64,000 nt of DNA from Heteronotia binoei (GCF_032191835.1 NC_083223.1:56482001-56546000); one strand, 5' to 3'. Counted from the first letter of the stretch, positions 1-13,000 are shown. Translations and numbers: made by a program. Notes: generated from the sequence alone by a model not told the origin.

Positions 1-187
1 TCTGTTTGTGAATCAGTATTTAGCGAAGTTGAAGCTCAGGCAATGGATGCCCTCGACCTCCCAGGATGTTTCCGAACCAGAAGCCACAGTTACTTGCGTG
101 CCATTCAGGCAGGTTACTCCCAAGATGATGAATGTATCCCTGCAATGGCATCTTCCAATATCACCTCAACAATCAGGTCGACAACAG
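1..187 (+). CDS. DLGAP2: DLGAP2 coding exon, 5' end outside window (SVCESVFSEVEAQAMDALDLPGCFRTRSHSYLRAIQAGYSQDDECIPAMASSNITSTIRSTT)
   Basis: Frame from position 1 matches recalled DLGAP2 'VCESVFSEVESQAMDALDLPGCFRTRSHSYLRAIQAGYSQDDEC'. Donor ACAG|gtaaga at 187/188, phase 1. Confidence 0.95.
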
Positions 188-1170
188 GTAAGATCAGCTG
201 TGCAATGAGCAGTTTTACATATGAAAATTTGCTAATAAGAAATGTAGCATATGAAATGAAGAATCTATACACCTGTGTAGCCATTATGACTTCTTGTACA
301 GAAAAGTACTATGCTGAATAACTCTTTTTGCTTTTAATTTTTGTATTTTGTTTAGTTTTAATTATATCTTTAGTTTTGTTTTACCTCTGACTGGCTTTCT
401 TATCTCCAATGTATAACCAGTGCATACCATAGTCAGGTTTTGTTCCTAATGAATTGCAGAAGGAGGTATATCCAGATAAAAGAGGCTAACAAGTTACATA
501 ATTAGAGCAAGAAGTTTATGCTTCTAGTTATATGGCTGACAGGAAGAGGAAAAAGAGTAAAGAAGGATGAAATCAACCTGAGAAGTATATTCAGGAGATA
601 AAGAAGGAGACAGCATTTAGAAGATTAGAAAGAAAGTAGCATCCACACCTCTATTTAACTAGCTTTATTCTTTTGCCCCCCCCCCCCCCAGAGCTAACTT
701 CTTTTGTACACTTAGCACTGTATATTCCAACAGGCTTTTCCCTGTGTTGCATTCATTCTGAACCTAAACACTGTCCTTGGAAGCCAATGGTGTTGATTTA
801 ATCTTCATAAAGCGTACTTATTTTTCCCAGTTCTTAGCTCTAGTCTTATAATAAGCTGATGCTCATTATAATATACAGTAAAATTGCATCAGTTGCTTTA
901 TCATTTCTCTTTGCTCTGAGGAGAGTCTGAGAGCAAAAAAGCAGAATTTAAAAATATGGTTCATCTTCTAAGCAGTCACACACACTGAAATCTTAGAAGG
1001 CTGTGCTTAGAAGGCTGTGAAGATGCTTGCTTTATCATATACAAAATTGTCCCTTTAATTCATCATAGATCACTACTACTCCCTTATTTTTGTGGACTTG
1101 AAATGCTTTTACAGTTCCTTCCCCCACAAAGCTACTATTAAATGGCTTCATTATTTTAGAACTACTGTAC

Positions 1171-1722
1171 AGCCGGGCCTCCGGGGACTGCACTGGCTGC
1201 CAATAATATACTGAGTCCGGTACAAGGTGCTGGTTATTACCTTTAAAGCCCTATATGGTTAGGACCTGCCTACCTTAGGGACCGTCTCTTCCCATATGTT
1301 CCCCAGAGAGTACTGCGATCTGGCTCCCAAAATCTGCTCGTAATTCCCGGGCCAAAGGAGGCCTGGTTGAAGTCAACCAGGGACAGGGCCTTCTCAATAA
1401 CAGCCCCTTGCTGGTGGAACCAGTTACCGGAAGAGGTCAGGGCCCTGCGGGATATTGGACAGTTCCGCAGGGCCTGTAAGACAGTCCTCTTCCGGTTGGC
1501 CTACAACTGACCGGCACCAAATTACCAAAATACTGAAGAAAGTTTATAGATAGCGCACTGTTGGATTTATGTACTGATTTTAAGGTTTTTAATGTTTTAA
1601 CTATGTAAATCGTTACTGTATTTAAAATTCGAATTTCATTGTTAGAACTTTTGTGTTGTGAGCCGCCCTGAGCCCGCTTCGGTGGGGTAGGGCGGGATAT
1701 AAATTAAATTAAATTAAATTAA
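1171..1722 (+). mobile_element. 5'-truncated L2 LINE, 3' end
   Basis: Encodes an LHWLP..YKVLVITFKALYGLGP-type C-terminus. Similar to the copies at 22028 and 47852. Ends in a (TAAAT)n tail. Confidence 0.88.
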
Positions 1723-1908
1723 AAAATAGAAGGAAAAAATATAATATTGACCACATGCAGCAGAAATCTATAAATAAATATATTCTATATACTAATAATG
1801 AAGTCATCAAACTCTTTGGATAATTAAATCTGGTGACTGGAGCTGAGAAGGGGCAAAACAGTTCTTTCTACAAACCTGAATAGGGCCCAATTACAGAAAA
1901 ATGTGAAA

Positions 1909-2045
1909 NNNNNNNNNNNNNNNNNNNNNNNNNNNNNNNNNNNNNNNNNNNNNNNNNNNNNNNNNNNNNNNNNNNNNNNNNNNNNNNNNNNNNNNNNNNN
2001 NNNNNNNNNNNNNNNNNNNNNNNNNNNNNNNNNNNNNNNNNNNNN
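1909..2045. other. Assembly gap (N run)
   Basis: Run of N. Confidence 1.
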
Positions 2046-3317
2046 CAAATTCATTTGTTTTGAGGGATGGATCTGACATACATGAGACCTTGTTGGGCCA
2101 GGTCATGTGTGTCATAAAATGTAATACCAGATAGCAGAGATACAAACTTTAAAAAAGACATATACATTTAAAGATTATTTTAAAGCTTAAAACATGCTTA
2201 AAATATTAGCACTCTTGCAATATTTTGTTTAACAGTCTCTGATAACTGAGACCTCTTGCTCTGAATTATTGCTTCAAAATCTGGTGACAATGTCTGTGCT
2301 GTAGCAATCTTGAGAATGTTGTCCAGGTGTTGTTCAGGTATGTATCTGTAAGATACAAACCTACTTTTGATGTATTGACAGTCATTACAGAAACTCATGG
2401 TCAGTGGTTTGAGCCTAAGACCAAAAGCAAAAGATGAAATGGCTGGGCACTGTGAGCTTATGTATAGAAGTTGCTTCATGTGCTGGTCAAGAACATGAGA
2501 AAGCACCATGACACCGAGTGAGGGCTATGTGTTTGTCTACAAAACTATATTCTTCCCCAGAGAAATAACTACAACTCCTGTGAGGCAGTGCAAGAACATA
2601 GAGACAGCAATGTATAGTGGTCAGTATCAGCCTACTTATATGGGAAGTCTAAGTTTAAAAACTCTAGTCTACAAAGTAAATGTACTGGGTGAACTTGGTC
2701 TGGATGCACTCTCTCAGCCTAATCCACCACATTGGCTTGTTATTTCTCTTCTTAATAGTTCACATTGCTTTCCTACTGAGAAAGACTGGATTATGAAGGC
2801 ATGAATACAGTGAAAAGGGGGATGCAAACCCAGTTGTATCCAGGAGAGCCCTGGCATAATGAGCCAACAAATCTCTCTCTCTCTCAGGAAAAAGCTCATA
2901 CCTTGAATAAAACTTCGTTGGCTTTAAAGGTTCTTTGTATCCTTCCTTGCAATTGAAGGAACTGGGCAAAGGAAGCTCTTCCCTCCCTCCCAGGGAACGA
3001 GAGGAAGGAGCATCAGCCAGTAGAAGGAAGAGGGGTTTAGCTCAGTAGCTCTGCTGTGCAACTGAGAAAGCCTTGCAAAGCAAGATCTCCCTCCCCACCC
3101 TTACTTCCCAAGGAAGGAGCCTCAGCCAATAGGAAAAAAATAGAGGCTTTGCTCTGTAGTTCCTGTGTGATTGAGCAAACCTGGCAAAGCAAGCTGTGAT
3201 GCAGAAACAGAGAGAGAAGAAAGTAGATGACAGGAAGTTGCTAGGAACTTGACAGGAAGTGATAGGCGCCCTCTGAGGGTTGGATACAGCCCATGGCTGC
3301 ATATTTAACACCAGCAG
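2046..3317 (-). mobile_element. Internally deleted hAT (Charlie-like) transposon with a transposase C-terminal remnant
   Basis: Ends match the MITE at 52140-52623; one TIR is cut by the gap. Minus ORF 2198-2509 has EQHLDNILKIATAQTLSPD, and another frame has SVMTVNTSK, both typical of the hAT dimerization-domain C-terminus. Confidence 0.75.
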
Positions 3318-3851
3318 TAGAGACTGTTGGGGGTGGGGGATGAGAGAAAGAGAAAGTTTAAGATAGAGGGACAGATAAAGGTTGGTTGGAAGGAAGGAGA
3401 GAGATAAAGTGGCCCACTCCAGTTTAGGAAATTCTTAGAGATTTGGGGGGTGAGGACTGGGAAGGGTGAGGTTTGAGGAGAGGATCAACCTCCAGAGTTG
3501 CCAGGTCCAACTCAGAAAATATCTGGGGACTTTGGGGTAGAACTGGGGAGAGTTTGGGGATGGAATCAGGAGACTTTCCCATTGCCTAAAATAAAGAAAT
3601 ATAATACAGCAGTGCCTCTTAATTCAGTCTTCATTTCCTCATCTTCCAGCAGCTGTACTGCCATTAATGAAGGTGAACATGAATACACACACACACACAT
3701 GCACAAAGCAGCCAAAATAAACACAATTTGCAAGCATACGCTTTTGTGATCTCATTGGTGCAATTTATTCACAGGCGTTGTTGAATTAACCATCTGCTAT
3801 ATTTCAACCAGCTTCTTCACAGTAACAGGAAAGGAGAGCAGCCTAGGGGAT

Positions 3852-4480
3852 CAGCACTGGCACCAGGGTTTTTGGCACCCTAGGCGAGTGCCTCCAAGCA
3901 CACATGCTGCCACGCTGCCCCCGATCAGCCTTCCAGGTCCATGCAGACCTGGGAAGGCTGAGTGAGGGTGGCAAGGTGGCATGTGCGCTTGGAGACTATT
4001 GGAGTCAGCCAGCCCTTCCTGGCTGCGGTGCACCCACTGCCACATCCCTGCTGCCTTCCTGGGTGGTGGTGAGGGTGAGTGTGGCTGCAGCAGGGTGTGC
4101 TACAAAGGAGGGATGGCCCCAAGCACATGTGATGCGTCACCCCTACTCAGCCTTCCTGGGTCGTGCTTCCATTGGAAGCACACACCTATGAGGACTGAGC
4201 AGGGGTGGGGCAGCACGTGCACGCAGGGGTACTCAGAGTCAGCCCTCCCTTGCTGCGGTGCACCCTCCACCACACTGACCCATTACCCCCCCTCAGCCCC
4301 CTCTCCCTGCCTGCAGGCCGCCAGGCTCAACGGTGAGGTGGGGGAAGGTGGCAGAGTGGTGGGTGAGTGTAGTGGCAGGGAAGGGGCAGCAGGGGCAGCA
4401 GGGTGTCCTCCACCCACACCTGTGGCCAAGTGGCACTTTAGGTGGACACCTACCTGGCCTACTGGATTGCACCAGCTCTG
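3852..4480. mobile_element. Non-autonomous hAT (Tip100-like CAGGGCCGG-type TIR)
   Basis: Perfect 8-bp TSD TAGGGGAT (3844-3851, 4481-4488). Imperfect TIRs CAGCACTGGCAC / CAGAGCTGGTGC. Confidence 0.85.
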
Positions 4481-4888
4481 TAGGGGATGGAGTTTTTCTC
4501 CATTCCATAATCAGGTTCTAGTTAATTCCATTTTACTGTACACAAAACTTCTGAAACCAATGCAAAACAAACAGAGGGACTGCACTGGTTTCTCTTCCTT
4601 TCTCACATGGTTCATACACTCACTGGGAAGAGCCACGTGGCTCTGCTTGCTCACTGCACACATTCAGCTTTCCTCCAGCTTAGATTTAAAGGCACATGCA
4701 CAGTCCAAAACACAAGGTTGCAAGGTTCTTTTGAGCTTGCTGAGGTTTAAAGGCAAATTGTGACTGTTGGGGCGGAGCTTATTCCCAAACGCCATCTGCC
4801 TGCCAGTGGAGAGGAGACCGAAAAACCAGGAGGATTCCCTGCTGGGACCTGGAGGCTGGCAAGCCTAGCAACTTCAGAGGGGTATAAT

Positions 4889-5087
4889 CAGAGCTTTTTT
4901 AGCAGGAACATACAGGAACGCATTTTCCGGCTGTCTTGGCATCAGAGGGTGTGGTCTAATACGCAAATGAGTTCCTGCTGGGCTTTTTCTACCAAAGAAG
5001 CCCTGTGTGAAACAATGGTAGCATCAGAGGGTGTGGCCTAATATGCAAATGAGTTCCTGCTGGGCTTTTTCTACCAAAAAAGCCCTT
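4889..5087. mobile_element. hAT MITE, CAGGGCTTTTTT family
   Basis: Perfect TSD GGTATAAT. Reverse-orientation relative of 18206-18379. Confidence 0.88.
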
Positions 5088-6182
5088 GGTATAATGCCAT
5101 AGATTCCACCTTCCAAAGCAGCCATTTTTTCCAAGGGAGCTAAAGTTGCCAATTTTGAGGTGAGGGCTGGAGAACATTTAGAATTAAACCTGCTCTGCAG
5201 ATGACAGCGATCAGTACCCTTAGAGAAGGTGGCTGCTTTGGAGATTAGACTCTGATGTTGTACCCTGCTGAGACTGTATCCCTTCTCAAACTGTGCTCTC
5301 TGGAGACTCCACCCCCAAATCTCCAAGAATTTCCTGACCTGGAGCTAGGAACCCTAAGGGCAAACTGATTTCTGTAGCTAAAAGATCTGTTGTGATTCAG
5401 GAAGAGGGGAGGAACTGTGAGGACTTTCAGGAAAGTGAAAGTGGAAAGGGTGGAGGAGTAGAAAATGAGATGCCTCCTGCAAGTCCTTGCAGGGTCTCAC
5501 TTGTAACTCTTAATATCCCTTACATCTATTTTTATGCTCTTAACTGTACAGTTTTCATTTTCTAATAGGTACTTGATTTTTAGTGGAGGTGAATTGTAAA
5601 ATAAGCCCATGGGAGCCATTCAGATGCAATTCATCTTACCTTATTTCTACACGCAGTCAGCTCAGATGAAGGCCTTGGTCTCCTAATCCTCCTCCCTACT
5701 CTCACCATTCTGCCCTCACCACAACAATGCACAAAAGTGAACACTCTGGGAGATCACTGTCCAATGAATGTACTGTGTGTAGAGAAAGTGATTGCACAAC
5801 ATGTTGTACAGCCTGGAAATCTGCTGTGGAGGAGTGGGGAAATATTCAGGTCACAAATCATATACCATTTGCAGAAGTCCTTTTAGAAGTTCAGAGGGCT
5901 GCATCACCACATGTACAATCACATGCCACACTTGCAGTGTTCTAGGTTGTAACCTATACCACATAGTTTTCACTCAGAGGCGGTAGAGCCAGAGGTCTCC
6001 TAATTTATAAGGCCCACAAACATGAAAGTGAAGGTCTTGGGCATCAGTGGTTAATCTGTTCATTTTACACAAAAGTATGTTGGAGATAAATGATCACTTG
6101 GGAGACTGAAACCTCACAAAAAAGAGATGAACTGTCTGAAGTGTACCACTTCAGATTGGAGGCAGGACATTTGTATTAGGAT

Positions 6183-6485
6183 TAGGGTCGCCAAGTCCTC
6201 CGCGGCCTCTGGTGAGGGACATTTGCATGTGCGTGATGCGATGACATCATAGAGTTTCCCTATCAAATTGCTAGAGTGCCCAGGAAAACCATAGAGTTTT
6301 CCCAGAAGCACCTAGAGCGGCCGGTGTGCATTGTCACCAGTGCGATGACATCAGTTGTGAGTGATGTCATCATGCAAGCAATGTTGGAATGGGGTCCCCC
6401 CCCCCACCAGCCCAATGCGGGCCAGCGGGCTGGGGACCTCTGGAGTGGGAAAATCCTTGCCCCACCCAAGAGCCTGGCAGCCCTA
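6183..6485. mobile_element. hAT MITE, TAGGGTTGCCA family
   Basis: TIRs TAGGGTCGCCA / TGGCAGCCCTA. TSD ATTAGGAT vs ATTAGGAG (7/8). Confidence 0.8.
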
Positions 6486-6563
6486 ATTAGGAGCGTGTGT
6501 TAGGGCATACCCAAGCTGAAATTATACCTCTAATTAGTTCAGCAATATGTGGATTCTCTGAAA

Positions 6564-7345
6564 GGGTGCGGTCACATGTACCATTAGTGGCGACACAGCT
6601 CCGTCTCGCTGACGGATTAAATATGTTTGCCAACACATCCACATCTGGCAATCGAGCGTCATCCAGGGTCATTCCAACTTGCTGCGGATCAGTGTCACAT
6701 TAATTTGACAGCGCAGAAAGTCTGGCCCTTTTTCAAAAAAGCAGCACAAGATCAGCTTTTTCCTGTTTGGACAGCTCACACACAATACTTGGAATGTTTA
6801 CCACCCCTCCCACCTTTTTTTTTTAAAAAAAGCCTCAGCAGACATGTGCATTGCCAGATCATCCAGGAATCTGAGGTGACGTTTCTGCTTCTCCAATCAA
6901 CACAGGATCAGAGGGGGGGGGGGGGGACATTATCCCACTATTCAGAATAGGAAAAAAAATCTTTTTTTTCAATGTGGAGGATTTCCAGATATGACTGTCA
7001 CTGCCAATTTCTAGGAAAGTAATTCCTGGCAGTTCCTTGGTTTGAATCGGCAACATTAATTCCGGAAACTTTCCCCCTTCCCCCCTGCCTCTGAAGCAAC
7101 CTTCGATTTCCCAACTCCAAACAGTTGGGCGCATGTTCAATGGACCCCCTCCCCTCCCAGAAATCACCATCTGATCACGCATGCTCCAAGAAAAGAGCTT
7201 GATAGTATTGGATGTCTGAATGCTCAACAACAGAATGAGTAGCATTCTTGGATGCTCGTCTGAACGACCCTGCATCGAATCAATATTGAGCAGTTCAAAT
7301 TTGAGCGCTACACACCCGCTTTTAATGTGATGTGTGACCGCACCC
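6564..7345. mobile_element. Old element with 13-bp perfect inverted ends, possibly PIF/Harbinger-derived
   Basis: GGGTGCGGTCACA at 6564-6576 and its reverse complement at 7333-7345, with AAA on both flanks (possible 3-bp TSD). Confidence 0.5.
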
Positions 7346-7784
7346 AAAGAGAACTTTCTGCCTTTCTTTTTTTTTAAGTAAGTCTCTGGCTCTCTCTCTT
7401 TTCTGGCGCTCTAATCGAAAAGGAATATCTCCACAATGGATTGGACTAGAAACATACTTTTTAATTTAAAAATGAAAGTTGGGAATTCAGAGAACCTGGT
7501 ACAGATATTTCTACACTTTATATCAATATAATGCTGTTTAATTGTTCATTTTTTAAAAAGCCCCCTAGCCGTGGAGAAGAAACTACCACTGTGAATACAT
7601 AAAGGTGACTTATACTGAATCACACCACTGGTCCATCAAAGTCAGTATTATTTATTCAGATTGGCAGAGGCTCTTTAGGGTCTCTGGCTGAGGTCTGTGG
7701 CAGCAAGTAGGAAACAATAGGTTGGATCCCATCATTTTTTTCTCAGTCTCTCTCAATTCCTTTCCTTATTACAACCACTGTTAC

Positions 7785-8155
7785 TAGGGTTGCCAGATCC
7801 TGACAATGTGCAGGGGGTGGGAGGGAGCCTTTTGGGAGTGTGGTGGTGCTACATGATGTAGTTACATCACACAGAAGCAGTGTCATTACATCAGGGACAT
7901 CAGAAGGCTCTGGGTTGGGTTTTTTTTTTGCAAAACTCTATGATAGAATTGCCCTCAAACCATAGTTTTGCCTAAAAACCAGAGTGTTTCTGCATTACAT
8001 CCCAAATATGATGACATCACTTCCACATTATGTCATCATGTTGGGGATGTCACACAACAAAGTCACTGTTTGGGGTGGGGTTTCCCTACTAGTCAGCTGG
8101 CTAGAAGCTGCCAGAACTGGGTGATCCCCTGTTGGGGCCTGGGGAATAGGCAACC
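7785..8155. mobile_element. TAGGGTTGCCA-family MITE, degenerate
   Basis: Left TIR TAGGGTTGCCA and a partial right end (taggcaacc). No TSD found. Confidence 0.6.
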
Positions 8156-8435
8156 AGAGAAGAGTCACATGGGATGTGGAGCTGGAGAGCAAGTGTGGGC
8201 ACTGTGTACTACTGACTCCTGTGACAGAGTGAACCACTTTTCAAAACAACTTCCACTCTCAAAAAACATCATTGTAGTACTTCCAAGAATCAATTTCTGG
8301 GGAATGGCAGCACTACCTGTCAGACTTGACTGTTATCCATGAAGGTCCCACAATCCTCAGCATAGCTTTTTGAGTGCTCCTTTTTTGGGTGCACCAGTGA
8401 AAAAGCTTCGGAACCCATTACATGGAAAATTCTCG

Positions 8436-8926
8436 CTGGGTCCAGACCAGCAGCTTCAGGCTCACAGGAGGCATCTCAAATGGGGCCAGATCCTGGGTTG
8501 CTCATTTCCCACACGGGAGGCACTTTGAAGCGGTCAGATGGCTGTTGCACACCATCCCTTTGCCATGGTTTGGGTTTCTTTTTTTCCATACATTTTAGTA
8601 GTCATGTGCATATGTGCACAAGCACTCTGGGCAGTTTTTTTTAAAAAGAATACTGGTGAGCACCTAGAGTGGATTGGCAGGTTCACACCACCAATCCACC
8701 TCACTTGAGTGCTCTCATGTTCAGACACCTGGAAAGACGGATGGCATGCAGCAGAAGGATTTGTTACCACTTCATAAGTGCTAGCTTTTTTAGCCACCTC
8801 AGAGACGCTGGAGGACGGTGTGAGTACGGGAGTAGGATGGGAAGCAGATGCGCATGTTTGGTCTTGATTTTTAAATCTGTCTGCGAGCTGTTTCTGTGTA
8901 GGCTTAAAATGCTGGTCTGGACCCAG
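8436..8926. mobile_element. MITE with 17-bp perfect inverted ends
   Basis: CTGGGTCCAGACCAGCA at 8436-8452 and TGCTGGTCTGGACCCAG at 8910-8926. Confidence 0.6.
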
Positions 8927-9031
8927 TCTCTGTTATGCATATTTTGTTAAATGATGTTGTTTCTGATCCAAAATATGAACCTTCTGATATGTAGTTGACT
9001 GTTGCTGTTACAGTACAGAGACCCTATATGC

Positions 9032-9156
9032 CAGAGGTGGCCAACGGTAGCTCTCCAGATGTTTTTGTCTACAACTTCCAGCCATTGGCCATGCTGGCTG
9101 GGGCTGATGGGAGTTGTAGGCAAAAACATCTGGAGAGCTACCGTTGGCCACCCCTG
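9032..9156. mobile_element. 125-bp palindromic hAT MITE
   Basis: TIRs CAGAGGTGGCCAAC / GTTGGCCACCCCTG. TSD CTATATGC vs CTTTATGC (7/8). Confidence 0.88.
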
Positions 9157-10370
9157 CTTTATGCAGTACTCATTCCATTCATTATGGTGGGGACAGCATT
9201 GCATTTCAATGTTATATCATGTAATGGAAGCAAAAATAGATATGGATCATCTTTCCACCATTACTTGAAATATAAAAGAGTGATACAGCATACTGTCCTC
9301 CGGAATTCTGAACAGGTTACAGGTCAGGGAATAAACTGAAAATTCACGTAGGTCACCATCAAATAAAAAGTTTATTACCTTTACAATTCCCTTTTATTTC
9401 TCTGTGCTGATGCTTTTATGAAGCATAAGAAATATAATATACCTTGATTGGCATTCTGCTGGCTATATGAAGTTCCTTCATTTTTTAAAAAAAAAATTGC
9501 ATAGCTCATTGTACTCCTGAAAGGTATCTTTCTTATCTCTAGAGTTTATCAGGTAATTTCTCGCTTTAATACTTCATCTCTCACACTTGTTAAGCTAAGT
9601 ACAATGATGCTTTCCAAACACTGTGAAATTCGGAAGGCTGAAAATCTGGATATGCCTGTGGGCATTGTAACTTGTAACTACTTGAATTATCCATACCACT
9701 GCACAAATCAGCTCTTGGCTTCTGTGAGAATGTAGAATGAGTAAAATATTCAAATGGGAATGAATATATATATCTCAGATCTACAAAGAGTGTAATGATT
9801 ATATGATACAGTGTGTTAAGTGAAACTTTCAGTTTTCAAAACAACTTATTAGCTTCTAAGTGATAGAGTAACTATTTGATATTGCTGCATTTGAAATGCA
9901 GCAGACAGCAGTTTCATTCCACATTATTTTCACACTTCAAATGACCATTTACTTATTAATTTAAAGCAACTCAAATTAAATGTAGTGCACCATGTTACAA
10001 ATAATTTTATGTGTATAGGATCTTTTTACGTAAAAGGCAGAAAGGTCATACTTCTGTTGAAAATGGATTGCTTTGAATATTCAGAGAGATTAATAATATA
10101 TCAGAGTAATGATTTTTGCTAATACACCAAGCCATAAAGAGGTTTCTTAGGAAAATAATTTCATTACTGTCTGAAATTGATATTGAGGTTATAGTCCATA
10201 TGCATCATTCATATCCCAATCACACAGTCTACACATACAACCATGCTAGCAGGGCAATCCTAAGAAGAGTTACATCTTTCCAAAACCATTAACTTAAATG
10301 GATTTAGAAGCCGCACAGAATTAGGGCTAAAATACACTTTAAGGTGTCACTTTAAAAGCCTCAGAAGTTG

Positions 10371-10612
10371 ATTCTGCTGATGGCAGACAAAGGGTAGAAG
10401 AGGGGGCTTCTGCTACTCCACCCCAGCTTTTCCCCTGAGCCTAAAAAACTCCCTAGGGGAAGTTATTTGCATTACTTCAGAGCTGCATGTCCACACACTC
10501 ACAGTTCCAAAGTTATGAAATAACTTCCCACTGGAGATTCTTTAGGCTCAGGCAAAAGGCTAGGGGAGGGAGCAGGAGCCCCTCCACCCATACTGCCTAT
10601 CTTCAGCAGAAT
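10371..10612. mobile_element. Old fold-back MITE
   Basis: ATTCTGCTGA / TCAGCAGAAT ends, with internal complementary blocks (ctgagcctaaa/tttaggctcag; gaagttattt/aaataacttc). Confidence 0.65.
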
Positions 10613-10625
10613 TAGGTACTGAGGC

Positions 10626-11633
10626 TGTGAGGGACTCTTAGGGTCAGCTTGGGGGAAGTGACCACTGTGATTTTTTTTCAGTCACTTTCACCCAGTACCT
10701 CAGACAACAAACTAAAATCAGAAAATAACTAAGCACCAGACATTTTCAAATTCAAAACCAAAAGTGTATTTATTGATTTACAAAGGCAGGGGAGGGTGTG
10801 AATAATTATTTGTTTAGCTATTAACAAATCAGTTGGCAGGCAGGATTTCAACTAAAAAGACAATCTCTAATCACCAGAGATGTTGGCATGCTGAAGTATT
10901 ATAAAATGTAAAACTGGCAGAAGATATACAAAACTAACAAGCAAATATTAAACAGGCAGGCAGTGCTTCTTTAGCACTACAAACACTCTATGCAGAGAAG
11001 GATTATAAAATAAAAAAGGGGTCACACACTCTTTGTCTTTCTCACTGAGAACTATCTGACTTGTGCCAGAATTTTCCCACACAGACGCTCTTACTAGCAT
11101 ATGGGCACACCCCGGACCTAAGTGATACCTCAGATCTCACATCTTTGAGTGCTATCTCACAAGCCCCACAATCCTGTGTGTCTCAGTCCCACTCAGCTAG
11201 TGTCCCTGTCTGTCTCCTGGGATTTCTCCTCAACCACAAGGATCTAGCCTTTCTCCTGGTGTGGTTGTGTGTTCTTAAATTAAACCAGGAGTCTGCCCTG
11301 AAGTGCTGATAGATCTTCTCAGCAGAGTCTTCAGTTTTCCCTCTGCTTCACTCAGAGGGGTTGTTCAGACGCACAGTATAATCAGTTGTCGCTGCTGTTT
11401 CATACCGGATTAAAAGTGACTGATCAGACAGCAACATCTTCCTCCTGGTATTAACTCATAGTAGCCCCCCCCCCCCCCCCGATTCCTTCTCGGAACCGGA
11501 GTACTTTGTTACCTGCTCCTTTGTAGTGTTTTTTGAGTTCTCCCATTTCACCTCATAGTTTCCCCGTCTGGATAGTTCTCGACCAACTTCCGGATGTCTG
11601 AAGGTTGTCCTGAAGCAAAAGGAGTCTCAGACA
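10626..11633 (-). mobile_element. Probable solo LTR
   Basis: TGT...ACA ends with imperfect inverted termini. Minus-strand AATAAA is followed by ttttgaattt.aaaa, as in the LTR at 60810. No clear TSD. Confidence 0.45.
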
Positions 11634-11807
11634 TCCAGTTTACGGTCACCATTTTTTTTATTACTTAGCGATATGTGCATAACTGCATAACCACATAATG
11701 TTTTAACCTATGCGCATACCACCAGACTTGAATGGTTCACCTAGGCCTGGCTGCTTGCTTCTGTTCAACAGTAGCCCACTTAAACAGTAGCCCTCTTATG
11801 AAGCCAT

Positions 11808-12022
11808 TGTTGTTTAGTAGTTAGAGTTTCTGGTCTTCCAGGTTAGAATTCCCATCTAGCTGCGGAAGCTCACTGGGTGATTATGGACGAGTGATCTACT
11901 TTCATCCTAATCTACCTCACAGGGTTGTTGTAAGGAGGAAAAAAAGAGGAGAGAAGACTAATGGAAGCTGCTTTGATCCCCACTGTGGAGAAAAGTGGAG
12001 TATAAATGAAGTAAATAAATGA
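11808..12022 (+). mobile_element. tRNA-derived SINE, degenerate
   Basis: tRNA-like head remnant, cctacctcacagggttgttg core, and (TAAA)n-like tail. Confidence 0.65.
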
Positions 12023-12819
12023 TAAATGTAGCTGAAGATGGGAGGCAGATAAAAGGTAGGTTGATTAATGGCTGAGAAGGAAAAAATAAAGCAGGGAAAA
12101 GGAAGAAGACATGGGGGCTGCCAAGAGGAGGGAAAGGTCAATGTTTTAACCTTGTAAAGTTTGTGACAAACATTATCATTTCCAAATCATTTTACCTGGG
12201 GTGAAATGGAGGACTGTAAGGTTCTAAAGAGGTTTAAAAATGTGTTTGTTAAAGACTCAGATCCATCTAACTTAAAAATCTGAAATGATCATGTGGAGGA
12301 GGAGCATTCTGAATTTATTCCCTTCATTTGTTGAAAATTCCCCATCTTTTGGTGATTTCATTCACAACAATGTCTTGACAAATATCCCATGATACGGTCC
12401 TCCCTTAATGGCAGTTAGGAAGAGGTCATACATTTTATTTTTCTCCATAAAACAGCTCTTTATCCTGATCTGTCATAGTCTTCTTCCTGGCATGCTAATT
12501 TTCTACACAAAGGAAATTCTGACTGCTTCCACAGAGAGGTTTTTCTACTTTAATTGTCCTTTCCGAAAACTCAGTATGGCTTTTTCACAGTTTTATTGTA
12601 GTCTTTTGGGGAAGAATGCAATCCAAGTACATTAGCACACCATCTGGATGGGAAAGTGTGCATTCTCAAAAGTCCCAGCCATTTTCTTACTGTCACCCTT
12701 TCAGGGCTGCCATTTAGCATGCCTTGCAAGTGGTGGGCTTTTTGAGGACTTATTTTTTAAAAAGTCGTCTCTATAGTTCTATAGCAATTAGTGATTTTTT
12801 AAAAGATCATTAGAAAGCC

Positions 12820-13000
12820 CAGGGCTTTTTTGTAGCAGGAACTCATTTGCATATTAGGCCACACACTCCTGGTGTAGCCAATCCTCCAAGAGCTTACAGG
12901 GCTCTTAGTACAGGGCCTAATGTAAGCTCCAGAAGGATTGGCTGCGTCAGGTGTGTGTGGCCTAATATGCCAAGGAGTTCCTGCTACAAGAAAAGCCCTG
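12820..13000. mobile_element. 181-bp palindromic hAT MITE, CAGGGCTTTTTT family
   Basis: Perfect TSD AGAAAGCC and a near-complete fold-back. Carries ATTTGCAT at 12845. Confidence 0.92.

Noticed and set aside
3981-4763. 260-aa ORF as a gene
   Set aside because: Runs through a GC-rich MITE and out into flank; no recognisable domain.
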